NCBI RefSeq assembly: GCF_014396165.1 | Contig: NZ_CP060715.1 | Coordinates: 240,001-272,000 of the forward strand | Direction: 5' to 3' | DNA length: 32,000 nucleotides | Source of the DNA: Erysipelothrix inopinata | GTDB lineage: Bacteria > Bacillota_I > Bacilli_A > Erysipelotrichales > Erysipelotrichaceae | Shown: positions 26,604-32,000 of the stretch, piece by piece | Numbering within the stretch: position 1 is the first letter of the stretch | Layout: the number at the start of each line of letters is the position of its first letter | Position numbers and translations under genes: made by a program | The notes under the pieces: model-generated | The model's database searches: none | What the model saw: only the letters and a program-made list of their open reading frames with translations | Told to the model about the DNA's origin: nothing

Positions 26604-27303
26604 TCTTATTGTTTCAAACCCTCTATTCGGAGTTGTTCTGACACTTGGTGTTTATTTTGCCGCACAAAAACTTCAAGAAAAAACCAATTTTGCCCTTCTC
26701 AACCCGCTACTTATCTCAAGTATTTTTATTATAATCTTACTATCAGTAACAAACATTGATTATGACAGTTTTAATAAAGGTGGATCATTTCTGACAATGT
26801 TAATTGGTCCAGCTACTGTTGCTCTTGCAATTCCACTATACAAAAATTTAGCTCTTCTAAAAAAACATTATCGTGTTATCTTAGTAAGTACCTTATCGGG
26901 AGTGATTGCCCATGCTATTCTCATTGGTCTCTTCACATTCATTCTTAACCTGTCGCCTGAGATGATTGCGACTATGATTCCAAAATCAGTTACAACGGCC
27001 ATTGCGATTGATATTTCAAACCAACTCGGAGGAATCACAACACTTACTATCTCCGTCGTTATCGTAACCGGAATCTTAGGAGCAGCACTTGCACCAATTT
27101 TAAATAAATTCTTCAAGATTAATAACCCGATCGCTCAAGGACTCGCTCTCGGAACATCGGCACATGCTGTTGGGACTTCCAAAGCCGTCGAGATGGGTGA
27201 AATGGAAGGTACGATGTCCTCACTTGCTCTTATTATTACAGGAATTACTACAGTACTTCTTGCGCCCGTTACGCAAGCAATTATTCATTCATTATATTTC
27301 TGA
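26596..27303 (+). CDS. lrgB: LrgB/CidB-family membrane protein
   Basis: 235 aa and polytopic, with GPATVALAIPLY and PKSVTTAIA blocks. It overlaps lrgA by 8 nt. GGAGGA RBS. Confidence 0.8.
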   Translation: MLSLIVSNPLFGVVLTLGVYFAAQKLQEKTNFALLNPLLISSIFIIILLSVTNIDYDSFNKGGSFLTMLIGPATVALAIPLYKNLALLKKHYRVILVSTLSGVIAHAILIGLFTFILNLSPEMIATMIPKSVTTAIAIDISNQLGGITTLTISVVIVTGILGAALAPILNKFFKINNPIAQGLALGTSAHAVGTSKAVEMGEMEGTMSSLALIITGITTVLLAPVTQAIIHSLYF

Positions 27304-27331
27304 TATAATACTTATAAAGGAGTGATTTTTT

Positions 27332-27778
27332 ATTAAAAAAATTTTATTTGTTTGCCTGGGAAATATTTGTCGTTCTCCCATGGCTGAAGGAATTTTCAGA
27401 TCAAAAGCTAGCACAGACTACGAAATAGATTCTGCTGCAACCAGCTCTTGGGAAGAAGGCAATGTGCCACATCCTGGAACTCAAAAGATATTACTCGACC
27501 GTAACATCTCAACAAGAGGCATGCGTTCTCGTAAGATCTCAGATCACGATTTTGAGTACTACGACTATATTATTGGCATGGATAAAAACAATGTTCGTGA
27601 CTTATACCATTTTTCACCTGAACAATACCATCATAAAATCAAACTCTTTTTAAACTCAGTTGATGGCTATGAAGGTATGGATGTTCCTGATCCATGGTAT
27701 ACGGGTGATTTTGATACTACAGAGAGACTTGTCGATCTCGGCACATCATCCTGGTTAAAAATTATAGAAAATGAATAA
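27332..27778 (+). CDS. Low-molecular-weight protein tyrosine phosphatase, apparent ATT start
   Basis: Reading frame from 27332: IKKILFVCLGNICRSPMAEGIFR...DVPDPWYTGDF. The CX5R(S) P-loop (27353-27376) lies upstream of the first ATG (27380). AAGGAG at 27317-22 sits 9 nt before ATT 27332. An in-frame TGA is at 27323-25. Confidence 0.65.
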   Translation: MKKILFVCLGNICRSPMAEGIFRSKASTDYEIDSAATSSWEEGNVPHPGTQKILLDRNISTRGMRSRKISDHDFEYYDYIIGMDKNNVRDLYHFSPEQYHHKIKLFLNSVDGYEGMDVPDPWYTGDFDTTERLVDLGTSSWLKIIENE

Positions 27779-27780
27779 AT

Positions 27781-27848
27781 AAAAACCACTCAGTTTTTCT
27801 GATTGCTATCTCTTAGATAAGAATCAGATTATCACTAAGTGGTTTTTT
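27781..27848. terminator. Long three-tier hairpin between convergent genes (bidirectional terminator candidate)
   Basis: Outer stem AAAAACCACT(C)AGT / ACT(A)AGTGGTTTTT, middle stem TCTGATT / AATCAGA, inner stem TATCT-CTT-AGATA. Confidence 0.6.
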
Positions 27849-28632
27849 AAAATTCAATACTTACAATCTCTGGTCTCGCACAGAAACGAATGGGGAAACG
27901 ATGAACACTTCCTCCAACACCGGAAGAAACGTAAAGTGACACATTTTGTTTTCGTTTCAAGCCATGCATGAGTTCCATACCATATTTAGATGCAAATGAT
28001 GGTCCTAGCTTACCAAATAAGGTAAGCTGTCCGCCATGTAAATGACCCGACAACATCATATCAACAGCCGAAACTGATAAACTCCCAATATAATCTGGAT
28101 TATGACTTACTAGAAGCGATATTTGATTCAAGTTATATTCAGGCAATTCTATAGTTCCTTTTTTAAAATCATCAACACCAATAATTTGTAAACCACAGTA
28201 CTCAATTATATTGTTTTTGAGAACTTGAACATTCGATTTCTTCAAACCATTAATTACAGTTTCATAATCCTTATAGTCATGATTTCCTAAAACTCCTATC
28301 TTGGGTCCTGGCAGTTCTTTTAAGTAGTCGAAAATTAATTTATTATCCCAACACTTTTGATGAATGTAATCACCACCTAGGATGAGAAGATCATAGTCTT
28401 CATCTCTTATCAGATTTATTACTTTACGACATGCTTTGTGGTAAAAAACTCTTTTTTTGTGATCAAATTGAAAATCACTGGCGAACACGATTTTTTTACC
28501 TTGCAATTCTTTTGGAATTTCATTTCTTATTTGGAAATCTTCGACTTTAAGTCTTACCACTTTATAGTTTTGATACTCATAAAAAGAATATGAAAATAAA
28601 AGTATCATCATCAATATTATGACAAAAATCAT
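27847..28632 (-). CDS. Membrane-anchored calcineurin-like metallophosphoesterase
   Basis: N-terminal TM helix, then the motifs ASDFQFD, GGDYIH, GNHD and SGHLHGGQ. The ATGA overlap places its start over the stop of the preceding gene. Confidence 0.8.
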   Translation of the reverse strand: MIFVIILMMILLFSYSFYEYQNYKVVRLKVEDFQIRNEIPKELQGKKIVFASDFQFDHKKRVFYHKACRKVINLIRDEDYDLLILGGDYIHQKCWDNKLIFDYLKELPGPKIGVLGNHDYKDYETVINGLKKSNVQVLKNNIIEYCGLQIIGVDDFKKGTIELPEYNLNQISLLVSHNPDYIGSLSVSAVDMMLSGHLHGGQLTLFGKLGPSFASKYGMELMHGLKRKQNVSLYVSSGVGGSVHRFPIRFCARPEIVSIEF

Positions 28633-29213
28633 TGTTGACCTGGATGGTGTATCTTTCGTAATACAATTGAGGTTGGTACCGCAATTAAGGCGCTCGCTAC
28701 CATTTCCAAAATTCCATTTGCCATCAGTACTGTACCGATAAACGCAAGAACATTTGTTGAGAATACAGTTGCAATTTCCGGATTACCACTGCCAATTCCA
28801 GCATAGTACATCGCTCCAACAACACAGATTGTATGAATTAGGGTTGATAAGATTGCTGTTACCGTTGCCTTCACTGCAAAGTTTTTTGTAAATTTGTCCA
28901 TCACACCTGCAATTACACCGATTGATATCCCAAAAATAACACGTGGCAATACAGAAACGAGCGGGTTAACAAATAATACATCTAACACTCCTGTAGGTCT
29001 TGTCGCAGCAATAAGTAATGCTGAAATTCCAAACACCGTAGCATTGAGTACACCACTCTTAAAACCGAGTACCAAACCTGCTACAATAACTGGAATATGC
29101 ATGATAGTAATCGATACAGGCCCTACTGTGATCATTCCTAAGTTTGGAACAACAGCCAGCAAAATGGTCATCGCTATAAATAATGCATTTAAGGTTAATT
29201 CTTTTGTTTTCAT
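28629..29213 (-). CDS. ECF transporter S component, probably pantothenate-specific (PanT-like) by context
   Basis: 194 aa with about six hydrophobic helices and the general look of an ECF S component. It overlaps the coaX stop by 4 nt. Confidence 0.55.
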   Translation of the reverse strand: MKTKELTLNALFIAMTILLAVVPNLGMITVGPVSITIMHIPVIVAGLVLGFKSGVLNATVFGISALLIAATRPTGVLDVLFVNPLVSVLPRVIFGISIGVIAGVMDKFTKNFAVKATVTAILSTLIHTICVVGAMYYAGIGSGNPEIATVFSTNVLAFIGTVLMANGILEMVASALIAVPTSIVLRKIHHPGQQ

Positions 29214-29956
29214 ACTAACATTCCTTTTTTTACTATTTGATACATGCCATCACTGAGAAGATATGGATCATAGACAAATCCAGTGATATCATCTTTAAAT
29301 AACGCAGCATAGCCACCCGTTAGAACTCGAATACATTTTTGTCCTAACTCAGCTTCCATTTTACTTGCCAATCCTTCTATCTGAGCAATCAACCCGAACA
29401 TAACTCCCGATTGGATTGCAGGTATGGTTCCATTTCCTATAACACGATCAGGGACAACAAGTTCTACTGACGGTAAGTGAGGAATAAAACTATTGAGAGC
29501 TTCTACAGAAGTTCCAAGTCCTGGAACAATTACTCCGCCTGCAAAGGAACCTTCACTATCAATAACAGTAAGCTTTGTTGCACTACCAACATCCGCAATA
29601 ATAACTGGTTGCGGATACTTAGCTAATGCTCCAACTCCGGTTGCAATGAAATCGGCCCCTATATCTCTGGGTTCATCCAATAGAATTTTAAAATTGGTGA
29701 TCGTATCACCATTAATATATTTAGGTTCAATTTTATATATTTCTTTTACACACTTATTAAACTCTTCATAAACACTCGGTACGACACACGATACTACCAC
29801 TTCCGATACATTTATATCAATGGCAGAAAATACTTCTTTATAATATGTATAAACATTTTCTTTATGCGTCTCAATACGTTGCGTAAAAACACGGTCATCA
29901 TTTTCATAACCGACAAGAACAGTGTTTGAGTTTCCAATGTCAATTGTTAGGATCAT
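29210..29956 (-). CDS. coaX: Type III pantothenate kinase
   Basis: MILTIDIGNSNT N-terminus, plus DVGSATK and GGYA blocks. I chose the ATG at 29956 (AAGGGGTGA RBS) over the track start at 30037. Confidence 0.85.
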   Translation of the reverse strand: MILTIDIGNSNTVLVGYENDDRVFTQRIETHKENVYTYYKEVFSAIDINVSEVVVSCVVPSVYEEFNKCVKEIYKIEPKYINGDTITNFKILLDEPRDIGADFIATGVGALAKYPQPVIIADVGSATKLTVIDSEGSFAGGVIVPGLGTSVEALNSFIPHLPSVELVVPDRVIGNGTIPAIQSGVMFGLIAQIEGLASKMEAELGQKCIRVLTGGYAALFKDDITGFVYDPYLLSDGMYQIVKKGMLV

Positions 29957-30016
29957 AGACTCACCCCTTGTGTACTTAGAATACACTAAATGTACAAATT
30001 TTTCTACCAAAAGACT

Positions 30017-30046
30017 AAAAGAGAAGTGTCCATTCACTTCTCTTTT
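30017..30046 (-). terminator. Terminator closing the Tad-like operon
   Basis: AAAAGAGAAGTG-N6-CACTTCTCTTTT. The stem contains the stop codon of the 109-aa gene. Confidence 0.65.
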
Positions 30047-30363
30047 ACATAAGATAACCCTGTTAATATTACATTTTTATTTAGTCCTAAAATTGGAATA
30101 TCCAAACATGTGTATACATTAAGGATGTATTGTTTTTCTTCGACTGATAAGTCATAATCACATCCTTCACACTGAATCGTCCTAAGATAACTCTCAGCTG
30201 AATTACTATCTGATAAATTCGTATTATTAAGATACGCAATTCCCCGTTCTCGCATGAGATGCGCTTGGTTGCACTGATAAAACATCAACAACAGCTGCCA
30301 TGTAACCAAAATCCCAAATAAAACAGCAAGCATCGTTAAATAGTACTCTATAGCCCCTTTCAC
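30034..30363 (-). CDS. TadE/Flp-like pseudopilin (109 aa, GTG start)
   Basis: (M)KGAIEYYLTMLAVLFGILVTWQLLLMF has a G-x-x-EY type Flp/TadE motif followed by a hydrophobic helix. The GTG overlaps the upstream stop (GTGA). An in-frame TAG lies two codons upstream of the GTG. Confidence 0.5.
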   Translation of the reverse strand: MKGAIEYYLTMLAVLFGILVTWQLLLMFYQCNQAHLMRERGIAYLNNTNLSDSNSAESYLRTIQCEGCDYDLSVEEKQYILNVYTCLDIPILGLNKNVILTGLSYVKEK

Positions 30364-30506
30364 TGTCTAACCTCTGTCATTGTATCCCATTGGGTTATCA
30401 AGGTGTCCTTTAATATTTCCTTAAATTCATTTGAGAAAAAAATCATTCCCGTCGCAATAACTGTCACAACCAAAACTAATCCATATTCTTCAAAAAAAGC
30501 TTTCAT
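30360..30506 (-). CDS. Flp-like pilin candidate (48 aa), absent from the ORF track
   Basis: My translation: MKAFFEEYGLVLVVTVIATGMIFFSNEFKEILKDTLITQWDTMTEVRQ. The strong RBS GGGGGTGG lies 5 nt upstream of the ATG at 30506. It has the EYGL motif plus a hydrophobic helix typical of Flp pilins. Confidence 0.5.
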   Translation of the reverse strand: MKAFFEEYGLVLVVTVIATGMIFFSNEFKEILKDTLITQWDTMTEVRQ

Positions 30507-31221
30507 TATTGCCACCCCCTTCAATAACTGAAACAATCGTTAAAAACATTTGCACAACAAATAAAACAGTGACATTAAACATCGGCAATATGGCAATCCA
30601 ACTTTTCACATCACGTTTATTTTTGAAGTATTGAACTCTTTCAATCTCAATCCAATCCACCGATCTTTCATACATTGTTTCAAGTTGTTCATTAATATTT
30701 GATAAGTTACCACGGTGAAGTCTTTGTAATGTGCGCATTGATTTTCTGATTTCAATCATTTCATATTCTGTTAGAAAATTATCAAAAGCAGTTGCATCCC
30801 AAGGATCATCAGTAATTTTTTTGATTAACACGTTCAAGTCATTTTTTATTAACTTTGGTGCATTTTCCGCACTTATTTTTAGAGCCACGACGACCGTGTT
30901 ATCCATCAGTAACATTTGTAGTGTACGGAGCCAAATTGGAAATTCATACTTAAGCTCTACTTGGATTTTCAAAAATTGTCGTTGTAATTTTCTTAGAGTA
31001 TGAATATAAAAAATTGGAACTAGAACTAATACCTTCAAACTCAGTAAACTTATTATTAAGATGCAGAAAATACCATAATATTGCGTATCAATTACTCTTG
31101 AGTCTGCTACCAATCTATCTATTAAATATATACTTTCAGTTTTCAATCTCGTTAGTATTACTCGACCAAACTTGACATGGATAACAAGAAGAACAGTAAC
31201 GGTTACTTTACCAATCAACAT
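30490..31221 (-). CDS. TadC-like (type II secretion system F-family) inner-membrane platform protein
   Basis: One or two N-terminal TM helices, a helical cytoplasmic block of about 130 aa (FPIWLRTLQMLL...MIEIRKSMRTLQRLHRGNL...) and a C-terminal TM helix. I chose the ATG at 31221 (GAGGTGG RBS), which overlaps the upstream gene by 14 nt. Confidence 0.45.
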   Translation of the reverse strand: MLIGKVTVTVLLVIHVKFGRVILTRLKTESIYLIDRLVADSRVIDTQYYGIFCILIISLLSLKVLVLVPIFYIHTLRKLQRQFLKIQVELKYEFPIWLRTLQMLLMDNTVVVALKISAENAPKLIKNDLNVLIKKITDDPWDATAFDNFLTEYEMIEIRKSMRTLQRLHRGNLSNINEQLETMYERSVDWIEIERVQYFKNKRDVKSWIAILPMFNVTVLFVVQMFLTIVSVIEGGGNNESFF

Positions 31222-32000
31222 TTTCCACCTCACAATCAAATGCATTTCGGTAGATACCGATGGATTTTTGATAGATTAATATATTAACAATGTAGAAACC
31301 TAGAATGAATATATTTGAAGTATTCGAATTAATAATGTCACCAATTTGATTAAGCATATTGAGGGAAAAATAACTGACAACGAGACCACATCCTATTAAC
31401 ATCATGATCTGCTTTTGAAATTTGTGAATTTCATACTGGTGCTTATAGATCGTGTCATACCAAACATCAATCTCATTTAGAATTCGATTTAACTTATCTT
31501 GATACATTTCATCACCAAATTTTTCGTTGAATTCGATTGTTTTTACTAGAGATTGATAAAGATAATGCGATGAAATTTTAAGATAGCTATTTCTTTCTAA
31601 TTTTCCGCTTCTTAACTCATTAAAGAGATGGTTAATTTCTTCTTCAAAATAAACTTGTTGTGACAACAAGGATTCCATACATATATAGAGACTTGCATTG
31701 GATTCATACTCCGAACAAATCTGCACCAGTAGCGAAGCGTAGTTCTCAAAATACTCGTAATCTTTTGAATACGAGAGCAATACAGATAGAATTTGATATG
31801 TGCCTAAAATGATAAATAATAAGTAAACTACAATATCTTTCCAAATAAATTTTTGGCGAAAAATATGGATACCCTGGGAAAGGGCAATGATACTATAACT
31901 GATCAAAATTTTTTTCGAACTGAAATTAAGATTTTTATAGGAGTATCTTAAATTCCATCTTCTCAAGATGATTATTTGATACAATTCTGAGTGGTAAATT
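31208..32000 (-). CDS. TadB-like (T2SS F-family) platform protein, probably 5'-truncated by the window edge
   Basis: It has the same architecture as the downstream paralog. The track start at 31984 is a TTG without an RBS, and the frame stays open to position 32000. Confidence 0.4.
   Translation of the reverse strand, partial: IYHSELYQIIILRRWNLRYSYKNLNFSSKKILISYSIIALSQGIHIFRQKFIWKDIVVYLLFIILGTYQILSVLLSYSKDYEYFENYASLLVQICSEYESNASLYICMESLLSQQVYFEEEINHLFNELRSGKLERNSYLKISSHYLYQSLVKTIEFNEKFGDEMYQDKLNRILNEIDVWYDTIYKHQYEIHKFQKQIMMLIGCGLVVSYFSLNMLNQIGDIINSNTSNIFILGFYIVNILIYQKSIGIYRNAFDCEVENVDW

Noticed and set aside
29957-30037. N-terminal extensions of track ORFs: coaX 30037, maf 24931, Rrf2 21635, lrgA 26208, the small membrane protein 22345 and the TadC-like gene 31245.
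   Set aside because: In each case an internal start has a good RBS and gives the family-typical N-terminus. The longer versions overlap upstream genes or terminators.

Overview
AT-rich (about one-third GC by eye) chromosomal segment from a low-GC Gram-positive bacterium (Bacillota). Supporting signs are three LPXTG sortase substrates, an ECF S-component, an IS256-family element and tRNA genes that encode their CCA ends. Gene order: (1) an N-glycan/hexosamine scavenging cluster, with a partial GH20 hexosaminidase, a wall-anchored GH85 endo-beta-N-acetylglucosaminidase and two tandem paralogous RpiR/MurR regulators; (2) a methyltransferase-QueH operon; (3) an LPXTG VWA adhesin; (4) NADH oxidase; (5) an LPXTG protein with five 228-231 bp Listeria-Bacteroides-type repeats; (6) an intact IS256-family IS with a perfect 8-bp target duplication; (7) fructokinase; (8) a small membrane protein coupled to a mini LMW-PTP-like protein; (9) a Val-Thr-Tyr-Lys-Gly tRNA operon; (10) pta; (11) tRNA-Gln; (12) a TetR gene followed by a fusion of a BpsA/DUF43-like aminopropyltransferase with a pyruvoyl AdoMet decarboxylase; (13) thioredoxin plus a 2-Cys Rrf2 regulator; (14) solitary tRNA-Gly and tRNA-Val genes flanking a DUF1963/YwqG-like gene; (15) a response regulator-GNAT-Maf operon divergent from lrgAB plus an LMW-PTP; (16) a coaX-ECF S component-metallophosphoesterase operon; (17) the distal part of a Tad-like (Flp) pilus operon running off the right edge. 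The most unusual items are the TetR-linked aminopropyltransferase/AdoMetDC fusion, the nearly leaderless Flp-like pilins (one is a 48-aa ORF missing from the track), an LMW-PTP whose catalytic P-loop lies upstream of the first ATG (apparent ATT start), and a degenerate orphan response regulator. I saw no CRISPR array, rRNA, prophage or recognisable defence genes.
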